A DNA stretch of 64,000 bases from Candidatus Limnocylindrales bacterium. Its GTDB lineage: Bacteria; Chloroflexota; Limnocylindria; Limnocylindrales; CSP1-4. Position 1 is the stretch's first letter, and each line of letters opens with the position of its first letter. Of the stretch, positions 1 to 7,811 are shown piece after piece. The notes under the pieces were generated by a model. The model saw only the letters and a list, made by a program, of their open reading frames with translations, was not told the DNA's origin and ran no database searches. The DNA lies in NCBI GenBank assembly GCA_035308445.1, contig DATGGQ010000039.1, positions 16,875 through 80,874 on the forward strand. Reading direction: 5' to 3'. Both the position numbers and the translations under genes were made by a program.

Positions 1-559
1 CCTGGACGCCCTGGGCCCGACCGTCTCGAGCGTGCCGTTCATGCCGCGACTCGAGCACGTCCAGCTCTGCCATCCCGACGACCGGACCCGCTTCGCCGGG
101 CTCGGCATCGCCGCCTCGGTCCAGCCGGTCCACCTCCGCGAGGACGCCGCCACCGCTCGCCGTGACTGGGGCCGCCGGGCCGAGGCCTGGGGCTACGCCT
201 GGCAGACGCTGCTCGACGACGGCGCCGTGATCGCGTTCGGCACCGACGCCCCGATCGAGCCGATCGATCCGTGGCCCGGCATCGCCCTCGCCGTCCTGCG
301 GCGCGATCCATCGTGGGGGCCGGACGCCGAGCCCTTCGGGCCGCACGAGTCGCTCACCCTCGAGGCGGCCCTTCGGGCGAACGCCGTGGCCCCGTGGACG
401 ACCCTCCGCGATCCGCTCGGCGGGCGCCTCGTGCCCGGTGCCCGGGCCGATCTCATCGTTCTGCCCGCCGCTCCCCAGGCGCCCGAGGCCGCCGCCGCGT
501 TCGCGAGCGTCCGGCCAAGGCTCGTCATGCTCGGTGGCGAGGTCACCTTCGAGCGCTGA
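1..559 (+). CDS. Amidohydrolase-family protein, C-terminal part (5' end outside window)
   Basis: The frame of ORF 32..559 stays open to the window edge. C-terminal motifs AFGTDAPIEP and GARADLIVL are typical of metal-dependent amidohydrolases (YtcJ-like). Confidence 0.7.
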   Translation, partial: LDALGPTVSSVPFMPRLEHVQLCHPDDRTRFAGLGIAASVQPVHLREDAATARRDWGRRAEAWGYAWQTLLDDGAVIAFGTDAPIEPIDPWPGIALAVLRRDPSWGPDAEPFGPHESLTLEAALRANAVAPWTTLRDPLGGRLVPGARADLIVLPAAPQAPEAAAAFASVRPRLVMLGGEVTFER

Positions 560-1948
560 TCAGGGCAGCTTCGGGGCCTTCCTCGGGATCGACCGCTCGG
601 CCTCCGCGAACAGCCCGTTCAGGATCCGGCCGGTCGACGGGAAGGCGTGGATCGTGTCGGCGAGGACATCGAGCGGGACGCGCGCCCGGATGGCCAGCAC
701 GCACTCGTGGATCGCGGCCGACGCATCGGGGCAGGCGATCGCGGCGCCGACCAGCGTCCGCGCCCGACGGTCGAACACGAGCGTCACGTGGCCCATGGTG
801 GCCTGGATGCCGTAGCCCCGGACCGAGGTCGCGAACGGCGCCGTGAGCTCGACCGCATCGATCCCCGCATCTCTCGCCTGCTCGACGCTCAGCCCGACGA
901 ACGCCGCCTCGGGGTCCGTGTACGTGGCCCGCGGCAGCGCGCGATAGTCCGGCGTCACCGGGTCGCCGAGGGCCATCGCAATCGCCATCTCGCCCTGGTA
1001 ATGGGCCTGGTGGGTGTGGAGCTCCGGGCCGGCGGGGTCGCCGATGACCCACAGCCCGTCCGCGATCCGGAGCCGGCCGTCGCGTGGGAACGCCGTCCGC
1101 CCCGAGGTGTCGATGCCGTACGCCTCGAGCCCGAGATCCTCGAGCGGGAAGTCGCGGCCGACGGCGAGCAGGATCACGTGGCCCTCGGCGGAGCCGCCGT
1201 CCGACAGGTCCACGACGTGGGCTCCGTCGCGTCCCGCGGCGGCCCGGGCGCCGACGGCCCGGACGCCGAGCCGGACGTCGACGCCGTCACCGCGGAGGGC
1301 CTCGGCGACAACCGCCGAGTTCCGGGGATGATCGGTGGGCGCCAGCCGATCGCCCGACTGGACGATCACGGTCGGGACCCCGAAGCGGGCGTACATCTGG
1401 GCGAGCTCGCAGCCCGTCGGGCCGCCGCCGAGGACGAGCAGGCTCCTCGGGAGGTCGCGGGCCAGCGTCGCCTGCCGGTTCGTCCAGACCGGGATCTGGT
1501 CGAGCCCGGGCACCGGCGGCACCTTCGAGAAGGAGCCGACCGCGACGACGACGTTCCTCGCCCGGAGGTCGTGCGTGATCCCGTCGTGGCGCACCTCGAC
1601 CGTGCCCCGGCCGGTGATCCGAGCCTCCCCTCGATAGCACAGCGCCCCGTCGGCCTCGAGGGCCTTGACGTGCGAGGAGTCGTCCGGCTCGGCGGCGTCG
1701 GGCGGCCGGTTCACCATCCAGTCGCGTCGATCGGAGGCCTGCTTCCAGGTCCAGGCGGCGGCGTTCAGGTGGTGACGCTCGGCCGAGCTCAGCAGCGACT
1801 TGGACGGGATGCAGCCGATGTGCGGGCAGCTGCCGCCGAACCACTGGCGATCGACGATGGCGACCGTCGCCCGGCGGCGACGGGCCTCGTGGGCCGCGGC
1901 CTCGCCGGCCGGCCCGGCGCCGATGACGATGAAGTCGAGCTCGTCCAC
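560..1948 (-). CDS. Class I FAD/NAD(P)-dependent pyridine nucleotide-disulfide oxidoreductase (dihydrolipoyl dehydrogenase / mercuric reductase-like)
   Basis: ORF 560..2242 trimmed to GTG at 1946-1948 (VDELDFIVIGAGPAGE), with GAGG 5 nt upstream. Contains the GxGxxG FAD fold, the redox CPHIGC disulfide motif, a second GGGPTG NAD fold, and a C-terminal dimerisation domain (HAFPS). Confidence 0.85.
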   Translation of the reverse strand: MDELDFIVIGAGPAGEAAAHEARRRRATVAIVDRQWFGGSCPHIGCIPSKSLLSSAERHHLNAAAWTWKQASDRRDWMVNRPPDAAEPDDSSHVKALEADGALCYRGEARITGRGTVEVRHDGITHDLRARNVVVAVGSFSKVPPVPGLDQIPVWTNRQATLARDLPRSLLVLGGGPTGCELAQMYARFGVPTVIVQSGDRLAPTDHPRNSAVVAEALRGDGVDVRLGVRAVGARAAAGRDGAHVVDLSDGGSAEGHVILLAVGRDFPLEDLGLEAYGIDTSGRTAFPRDGRLRIADGLWVIGDPAGPELHTHQAHYQGEMAIAMALGDPVTPDYRALPRATYTDPEAAFVGLSVEQARDAGIDAVELTAPFATSVRGYGIQATMGHVTLVFDRRARTLVGAAIACPDASAAIHECVLAIRARVPLDVLADTIHAFPSTGRILNGLFAEAERSIPRKAPKLP

Positions 1949-1962
1949 GCTGCCTCGCGATC

Positions 1963-2811
1963 TCAGGTTGGGATGCCAGTGTCGCCGGTCTCGGCGGCAT
2001 CGCGCTGGCGACGGGCCTCGTACAGGAGGATCGCCCCGGCCGCGGCAACGTTGAGGCTGTCGGCCATGCCGAGCATCGGCAATCGGACCGCCTCGATGTC
2101 GGGCCCGCGCCACGTGTCGGACAGCCCGGCGGCCTCGCTGCCCAGGAGGATCGCCAGCGGTCCGGTGAGGTTCGCCTCCGTGTAGAGCCGGGAGCCGTCG
2201 ACCCGGGCCGCGACGACCTGGACGTCCTGCTCCCGGAGCCACGCCCTCGCCCGGTCCGCCGGAGCGGTCGCCAGGCCGACCGCGAACACCGTGCCGGCGC
2301 TCGCCCGGATCACGTTCGGGTTGTAGACGTCGGTCCCGCCGACCGCGATGACCCCGTCGGCGCCGGCGCCGTCTGCCGATCTCAGGATCGCGCCGAGGTT
2401 GCCGGGCTTCTCGACGTCCTCGGTCACGACGAGGAGCGGCGGGTGGTCGAGCAGGCCGAGGGCCAGGGTTTCGAGGCTGGTGAGGGGCGCCTCCACCTCG
2501 AGCACGATGCCATCGGCCCGGTCGCCGTAGGCCAGCCGCTCGAACGCTCGAGGCCCGAGCTCGACGAGCTCGGCGCCAGCGGCCACGGCGGCGCGCGCGG
2601 CCGATCGGGCCGCCTCGGATGCTCCGTCCGCCACGAGGTAGGCGGCGAGGATCCGGATCCCGGCGTCGACGGCTCGGGTCGCTTCGCGGGCGCCATCGAC
2701 GAGCGTCCGCCGGGCCGTCTCGCGGTCGCGCCGGTTGCGGAGGGCAAGGGCCGCGCGGACCCGCGGGTTCGAGGCGCTGTCGATGCGGATGGCCGGGCCG
2801 GGAGCGGTCAC
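1963..2811 (-). CDS. TrmH/SpoU-family RNA 2'-O-methyltransferase
   Basis: ORF 1963..3135 trimmed to GTG at 2809-2811, downstream of the neighbouring gene's stop at 2852. SpoU motifs present: NLGAILRSADGAG, LLGSEAAGLS, SLNVAAAGAILLYE. Confidence 0.8.
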   Translation of the reverse strand: MTAPGPAIRIDSASNPRVRAALALRNRRDRETARRTLVDGAREATRAVDAGIRILAAYLVADGASEAARSAARAAVAAGAELVELGPRAFERLAYGDRADGIVLEVEAPLTSLETLALGLLDHPPLLVVTEDVEKPGNLGAILRSADGAGADGVIAVGGTDVYNPNVIRASAGTVFAVGLATAPADRARAWLREQDVQVVAARVDGSRLYTEANLTGPLAILLGSEAAGLSDTWRGPDIEAVRLPMLGMADSLNVAAAGAILLYEARRQRDAAETGDTGIPT

Positions 2812-2851
2812 GGACCGAATCTTCGCCGGAACGACGGATCGGCGGCGCGCC

Positions 2852-3766
2852 TCACGCGCGGACCCGGACGGCAAGCCCGAGTTGCAGGCGGGCCCCGGAC
2901 TCGGCCTCGAGCTCCAGGGGCAGGGTGTCGGCGCGTTGGCTGGGCACCGGGAACGCTTCGCGGACGGCACCGGCGAGCTGGTCGGCCTCAAGCCCCGTTG
3001 CGTGGGCGGTGACGAGCACGACGGCGTCCTTCGAGGCGACGGCCACGCAGGCTCCGAGGAGGGCGGGCAGGTCCGTGTCGAAGCGCCAGGCATTCCGGCT
3101 CCCCGGCCGACCGTGGCCGTAGGTCGGCGGGTCAAGCAGGATGCCGTCGTAGCGCCGGCCGCGGCGTGCCTCGCGCCGCACGAACCCGAGCGCGTCGTCG
3201 ACGATCCAGCGAATCGGCCGATCCGCGAGGCCGGACAGCTCGGCGTTGCGGCGGGCCCAGGCGACCGCGCCCCGCGCCGCGTCGACGTGGGTGACGCTGG
3301 CTCCGGCCGCGGCCGCGACGAGGGTGAGCAGGCCCGTGTGGGCGAACAGGTTCAGCACCGCCGGAGCCGCTCGGCCGTCCGCCCGCGCATCGAGCCCGCC
3401 GTTCGCGTCGAGGTCGCCGCGCCCGGCTCGCGCGCTGAGCGCGGCGACCTCGGCGGCGAGCCAGGCCGCGTTTGCCGCGTGCTCCGGGTACAGGCCGACG
3501 CCCCCGGACTCGGTGGCCCGCAGCTCGAGGGTCAGGCGGCCTCCGGACACCGTCCACGGGGAACGGGAATCCGCCGGTCCGGTCCAACCGCCCTCCCGAT
3601 CGAACCGCAGGTCGGCCGCCGCCCACGCACCGGGTCGCGGGCGACGCTCCCACGCGGCCGGGTGTGGCCGGTCGACGAGGCGTTCGCCGAACCGGTCGAG
3701 CCGCCGCCCGTCGCCAGCGTCGACGAGCGCCACGTCGGCGAGCCACTTGTCACCCGAAGACGTCAC
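2852..3766 (-). CDS. Class I SAM-dependent methyltransferase (RlmI/YwbD-like)
   Basis: ORF 2852..3874. SAM-binding LNLFAHTG and DPPTYG motifs are present. The start is uncertain; GTG at 3766 is preferred because ATG at 3874 would overlap the divergent arsA-like gene. Confidence 0.7.
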   Translation of the reverse strand: MTSSGDKWLADVALVDAGDGRRLDRFGERLVDRPHPAAWERRPRPGAWAAADLRFDREGGWTGPADSRSPWTVSGGRLTLELRATESGGVGLYPEHAANAAWLAAEVAALSARAGRGDLDANGGLDARADGRAAPAVLNLFAHTGLLTLVAAAAGASVTHVDAARGAVAWARRNAELSGLADRPIRWIVDDALGFVRREARRGRRYDGILLDPPTYGHGRPGSRNAWRFDTDLPALLGACVAVASKDAVVLVTAHATGLEADQLAGAVREAFPVPSQRADTLPLELEAESGARLQLGLAVRVRA

Positions 3767-3797
3767 CTCCGGATCATGGACGAGTTCGATCGCGGCG

Positions 3798-3803
3798 TAG
3801 GCT
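3798..3803 (+). promoter_or_regulatory. -10-like hexamer TAGGCT, 7 nt before the GTG start of the arsA-like gene (leaderless candidate)
   Basis: TAGGCT-tcacccc-GTG(3811) with no Shine-Dalgarno in between. The same architecture recurs at nine other genes in the window. Confidence 0.4.
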
Positions 3804-3810
3804 TCACCCC

Positions 3811-5016
3811 GTGACCCGGATCCTCCTGTACACGGGCAAGGGCGGCGTCGGCAAGACGAGCATCGCTGCGGCAAGCGCGTTGCTGAGCGCCCGGCGCGGC
3901 CATCGGACGATCGTGCTGTCGACCGACATCGCCCACAGCCTCGCCGATGCTTTCGACATGAAGCTCGGCCCGGAGCCGACGAAGATCGCCGAGAACCTGT
4001 GGGGCCAGGAGCCGGACGTCTACTTCAACATCGGCCGCTACTGGCGGACGATCCAGACGTACATGGCCGACCTCTTCAGCTGGCGCGGCCTCGACGAGGT
4101 CCTCGCCGAGGAGATGACGGTCCTCCCTGGCATGGACGAGCTCGGCAACCTGCTGTGGATCGCCGACCACGTCGAGTCCCGCCAATACGACGTGGTCGTC
4201 GTCGACGCCGCGCCGACCGGCGAGACGCTCCGCCTGCTGAGCCTGCCCGAGGCCAGCCGCTGGTGGATCGAGCGGATCGCCCCGATCGGGCGCCGCGTCA
4301 GCCGGATCGGCCGGCCGATGCTCGAGCGGATGATCGGCGTGCCGATGCCGCGCGACGAGGTCTTCGCGGCGGCCGAGCGGCTCCTGAACCGCCTGGACAA
4401 GGTCCATCACCTCCTCGCGGATCCGGAGCAGTCGTCCGTCCGGATCGTGCTCGCGCTCGAGAAGCTCTCGATCGTCGAGGCCCAGCGCTCGTTCACCTAC
4501 TTCCACCTGTTCGGCTATCCGAGCGACCTCGTGATCTGCAACCGCGTCCTCCCGGCCGACCTCGCCGGGGACGGCTCGTTCGGGGGCCTCCGGGCCGTCC
4601 AGCAGCGCCACAAGCCGGTGGTCGAGGCGCAGTTCGCGCCGGTGCCAGTGCGCAGCGTGCCGCTGTTCGATCGCGAGATGATCGGGCCGGACAACCTCGT
4701 AACGATCGGCGAGGCGCTCTTCCCCGACGGTGGCGATCCGACGGACTTCTACTATCGTGGGCGGCCGTACAAGGTCACGACCGTGGACGGCCGGTTCGTG
4801 CTGGAGGTCGCGCTACCCTTCGCCAGCAAGGACGAGGTCCAGCTGACCCGCAACAGCGACGAGATCCTGCTGCAGGTCGGCGGCTGGCGGCGGACGCTCA
4901 TGCTGCCGCGGGTGCTCGTCGAGGCGCCGACCGTCGGCGCCACGATGGCGGACGGAGTCCTGCGGCTGGAGTTCGACGCGCGGGCACGGGACGCCCGCCA
5001 AGGAGCGAAGCGATGA
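3811..5016 (+). CDS. ArsA/GET3-family ATPase with C-terminal HSP20-like domain
   Basis: ORF 3472..5016 trimmed to GTG 3811 (VTRILLYTGKGGVGKTS deviant Walker A). DTAPTGETLRLL-type switch (VVVDAAPTGETLRLLSLP). The C-terminal beta-sandwich (LEVALPFASKDEVQLTRNSDEILLQVGGWRR) resembles the ArsA_HSP20 domain. Confidence 0.85.
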   Translation: MTRILLYTGKGGVGKTSIAAASALLSARRGHRTIVLSTDIAHSLADAFDMKLGPEPTKIAENLWGQEPDVYFNIGRYWRTIQTYMADLFSWRGLDEVLAEEMTVLPGMDELGNLLWIADHVESRQYDVVVVDAAPTGETLRLLSLPEASRWWIERIAPIGRRVSRIGRPMLERMIGVPMPRDEVFAAAERLLNRLDKVHHLLADPEQSSVRIVLALEKLSIVEAQRSFTYFHLFGYPSDLVICNRVLPADLAGDGSFGGLRAVQQRHKPVVEAQFAPVPVRSVPLFDREMIGPDNLVTIGEALFPDGGDPTDFYYRGRPYKVTTVDGRFVLEVALPFASKDEVQLTRNSDEILLQVGGWRRTLMLPRVLVEAPTVGATMADGVLRLEFDARARDARQGAKR

Positions 5017-5315
5017 CGGAGACGCGCAAGCGGGGCTCGGCCGGGATGCCGAGCATGGATGCGAGCGACGATCGGGTCAGCGACCTCGAAGCGCGGCTCG
5101 CGCGACTCGAGGGCTCGCCCAGCCTGCGCGAGCGCGGCCGCGACCTCATGGACCGGGTGATGCCGTCCGACGCGAGCCGGCATTTCCGGAATGCTGGCCG
5201 CGAGCAGCTCCTCGGCGTCCGGGCGATCGTCGACCACCTGATCCGCCGGATCGACGCGATGGATGCCCGGGCCTCGGGCGGCGACCCATCGCGGGAGCGC
5301 ATCGAGCTCGACTGA
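5013..5315 (+). CDS. Hypothetical charged/coiled-coil protein, translationally coupled to the arsA-like gene
   Basis: ATG 5013 overlaps the arsA-like stop (ATGA). AAGGAG lies 7 nt upstream. This is the tail of spurious ORF 3999..5315 (MTETRKRGS...RERIELD, 100 aa). Confidence 0.6.
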   Translation: MTETRKRGSAGMPSMDASDDRVSDLEARLARLEGSPSLRERGRDLMDRVMPSDASRHFRNAGREQLLGVRAIVDHLIRRIDAMDARASGGDPSRERIELD

Positions 5316-5317
5316 GC

Positions 5318-5737
5318 ATGGGGGTCCTCACGCGCGGTTGGCGCCTCGCGCGATACGTCGGCCTGGTCGCGGCACTCGCGCTCATCGTCGGGACGTTCCT
5401 GCCCTGGATCGTGGCGACCGACCAGAACCTCGGCGTGACGGTCACCCGGTCGGGGGTGGACGGTGGGACGAGTGGGCTGACAGTGCTGGCCTTCGCGGTC
5501 GTGGCGGGGATCGCCCTGTTCGTCAATACCCGGACGGCGGCGTACGTCGCGACGGGTGCCGCGTTCCTCGCCCTTTGCCTGGCGGTCATCGGGATCCAGC
5601 CGTCATCGGACCTCCTGACCTCGATGGGCCTGCCGTCCGTGGGCAGCCCCGGCATCGGGATCTTCCTGTCGATCGGCGGCGCGGCCATCGTCACCGTCGT
5701 CGGGGCGTGGGGCATCGTGGCGATCCAGGACGAATAG
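5318..5737 (+). CDS. Hypothetical integral membrane protein (about 4 TM segments)
   Basis: ORF 5318..5737 starts 2 nt after the preceding stop. It has four hydrophobic segments and high GC3. Confidence 0.65.
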   Translation: MGVLTRGWRLARYVGLVAALALIVGTFLPWIVATDQNLGVTVTRSGVDGGTSGLTVLAFAVVAGIALFVNTRTAAYVATGAAFLALCLAVIGIQPSSDLLTSMGLPSVGSPGIGIFLSIGGAAIVTVVGAWGIVAIQDE

Positions 5738-5738
5738 C

Positions 5739-6803
5739 CTGGCTCTCGATCCGCTCGCCTCGATCCGCTGGCGCCCGGCTCGGCCGGTCCTGACCGTCGT
5801 CGGCTGCCACGCCGGCGGCGAGATCGGCAACGTCGTCGTGGCGGGCGTGGACCCCCCGCCAGGCAGCACGGTCTTCGAGCAGATGCAGTCGATCCGCGCC
5901 GACGACTCGATCCGCCGACTCCTGCTCCATGAGCCGCGCGGCAGCGTGGCCGTCCACACGAGCATCGTCCTGCCGTCGAACCGTCCGGACTGCGCGTTCG
6001 GCTACGTGATCATGGAGCCGACCGAGTATCCGGCCATGTCCGGCTCGAACACGATCTGCGTCGCGACCGTTCTGCTCGAGACCGGGCTGGTCGGGATGCG
6101 CGAGCCAGTCACGACGTTCCGGCTCGAGGCGCCCGGCGGCCCGGTCGAGATCACCGCCGGGTGTCGGGACGGGAAGGCCGAGTGGGTCGAGGTCGAGAAC
6201 GTCCCGTCGTTCGTCGACCGCCTCGACGCCCCGCTCGAGGTGCCTGGGATCGGGAGGCTCACGGTCGATGTCGCGTTCGGCGGCATGTGGTACGCGATCG
6301 CTGACGGCTCCGCGCTCGGCTTCTCGTTCGAGCCGGGCGAGGCCCGCGACCTGTCACGGATCGGGACGCTGATCCATGACGCCGCCCGCGGGCAGCTGCA
6401 CCCGGTCCACCCGGAGAACCCGGGGATCGCCGGGGTGAGCATCGTCGAGATCGCCGAGCCGTGGCGCGGGGTGGGGGAGACGACGAGGAATGCCGTGGTC
6501 GTCGCTCCGGGACGCCTCGACCGCTCCGGGACCGGGACGGGCCTGTCGGCCCGCCTGGCGGTGCTCCACGCTCGTGGTTCGATGCGAGTCGGCGAGTCGA
6601 TGCGCCATGCGTCGGTGCTGGGCTCGACGTTCGAGGGCCGGATCGTCAGGGAGATCCAGGTCGCGGGGCGCCCGGCGATCGTGCCCGCGATCCGCGGCAC
6701 GGCCTGGATCACCGGCGTGAGCCGCGTCCTCCTCGACCCGACCGACCCGTTCCCCGAGGGCTACACCCTCTCCGACACCTGGCCCGGCGCGGACACCCAG
6801 TAG
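5739..6803 (+). CDS. Proline racemase / 4-hydroxyproline epimerase superfamily protein (Ser/Thr variant of the catalytic pair)
   Basis: The ORF track starts at GTG 5838, but the conserved N-terminus (LTVVGCHAGGEIGNVVVAGV, matching the ID-HT-GEP-R-V core) lies upstream in frame. There is no ATG/GTG/TTG between stop 5616-5618 and 5838. CTG 5739 is preceded by AGGA with an 8-nt spacer. Family motifs MSGSNTICV and DRSGTGTGLSA are present. Confidence 0.8.
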   Translation: MALDPLASIRWRPARPVLTVVGCHAGGEIGNVVVAGVDPPPGSTVFEQMQSIRADDSIRRLLLHEPRGSVAVHTSIVLPSNRPDCAFGYVIMEPTEYPAMSGSNTICVATVLLETGLVGMREPVTTFRLEAPGGPVEITAGCRDGKAEWVEVENVPSFVDRLDAPLEVPGIGRLTVDVAFGGMWYAIADGSALGFSFEPGEARDLSRIGTLIHDAARGQLHPVHPENPGIAGVSIVEIAEPWRGVGETTRNAVVVAPGRLDRSGTGTGLSARLAVLHARGSMRVGESMRHASVLGSTFEGRIVREIQVAGRPAIVPAIRGTAWITGVSRVLLDPTDPFPEGYTLSDTWPGADTQ

Positions 6804-6863
6804 GGTCGCGGTATCAGCTGAGGTCGCTCACGCCGCGGCGCTGCGAGGCACGGTTTCCCGAGG

Positions 6864-6894
6864 CCACCGGGACCGATCGCGCTGGGCCCGGTGG
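6864..6894 (+). terminator. Possible terminator hairpin after the proline-racemase-like gene
   Basis: CCACCGGG (6864-6871) pairs with CCCGGTGG (6887-6894), an 8-bp stem. There is no clear U-tract. Confidence 0.3.
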
Positions 6895-7050
6895 TATCCT
6901 GCGCGGGCGTTGCGGGGTGAATCTGGATCGGGCGAGTACCTCCGACTGACGGAACGGAACATCAGTCAGCGGGCGATATTCGAGCGAGCCAGGCGATCCC
7001 CATAACGCAAAGATCTCTCGGTTCCGCACTCGAACCGAGCACGATCGAGC

Positions 7051-7127
7051 GGGCGGCTAGCTCAGCTGGTTAGAGCACTTGCTTGACATGCAAGAGGTCA
7101 CTGGTTCGAGTCCAGTGTCGCCCACCA
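7051..7127 (+). tRNA. tRNA-Val (anticodon GAC), CCA encoded
   Basis: Cloverleaf read by eye: acceptor GGGCGGC/GTCGCCC, D arm GCTC-AGCTGGTT-AGAGC, anticodon stem CTTGC/GCAAG with loop TTGACAT, T arm ACTGG-TTCGAGT-CCAGT, discriminator A, then CCA. Confidence 0.95.
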
Positions 7128-7337
7128 CCCTCACGACCGCGTTCGTTGCCGTCGTTCGCCGTCCGGGACCCATCTGGTTCCTCTCAGAAGTGCCTGATCC
7201 GAACACGAGGGTGCTGTCCGCCGCCTGAACAGACGCAGCTGTGCTGAGTCACGGACATCTGCGCCGGCTTCGCGGATGTGGTGTGCGAAATCGGAACTTC
7301 TGAGGCGAAGCCGACGATCGCGGCGCCCAGCCCCGAC

Positions 7338-7416
7338 GATCGCCCCGGCAGGCGGGGCTCGACGGTCGCCCCGGCAGGCGGGGCTCGAGGATCGCGCCGG
7401 CGGGCGGGCTCGAGGG
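7338..7416. repeat. Three tandem 26-27-nt repeats, each a GC hairpin (GCCCC-ggcaggc-GGGGC)
   Basis: Units at 7338-7364, 7365-7390 and 7391-7416: gatcgccccggcaggcggggctcgacg / gtcgccccggcaggcggggctcgagg / atcgcgccggcgggcgggctcgaggg. Confidence 0.6.
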
Positions 7417-7523
7417 ATCAGATCAGCGCGACCCGCCACCGGACTGTCATGCTCGGCCCCGCGGCTCGCGGATGAATGTGAGGGCTTCCGCTCCATCGTC
7501 CTGGTGGAAGGAGGCTCCCTGCA

Positions 7524-7607
7524 TTGATCGCCCTGCTGCTGTGGATCCTGGGGGTCCCCGGCCTGATCATCATCCTGCTGCTGCTCTTCGGTGTGATCCA
7601 CATCTAG
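7524..7607 (+). CDS. Candidate 27-aa hydrophobic small membrane protein
   Basis: GGAAGGAGG (7508-7516) is followed by TTG 7524. The product is LIALLLWILGVPGLIIILLLLFGVIHI, ending at TAG 7605-7607. 26 of 27 codons end in G or C. It is below the ORF-track size cutoff. Confidence 0.4.
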   Translation: MIALLLWILGVPGLIIILLLLFGVIHI

Positions 7608-7677
7608 GCCAGCGGCGCCGTCGACGCGGCACCACCAGCCAGGTCGGTGCCCGCTCGTCCATCGCCCTCCCCCTCGA

Positions 7678-7708
7678 GCCGCCGCGGCTGTGCCTGGGTC
7701 GCGGCGGC
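7678..7708 (+). terminator. Perfect 9-bp GC hairpin (possible terminator after the small ORF)
   Basis: GCCGCCGCG (7678-7686) pairs with CGCGGCGGC (7700-7708) around a 13-nt loop. No U-tract. Confidence 0.3.
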
Positions 7709-7767
7709 TCCGCCGTGTGCGTCGCGCCACCTCGCGTTGACCGGGCAGGCCGCTTGCCGCCCTGGGG

Positions 7768-7773
7768 TATAGT
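7768..7773 (+). promoter_or_regulatory. -10-like TATAGT upstream of the T-box leader
   Basis: ggggTATAGTcc lies about 40 nt before the first T-box stem. The identical TATAGTCC occurs upstream of infC (9945). Confidence 0.35.
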
Positions 7774-7811
7774 CCGGCCAACGCACCGATCGGGACGCGC
7801 CGCGCGCCGCG

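Noticed and set aside
7338-7416. Possible mini-CRISPR array
   Set aside because: There are only three directly abutting, degenerate 26-27-nt units with no spacers between them, and no cas genes in the window.
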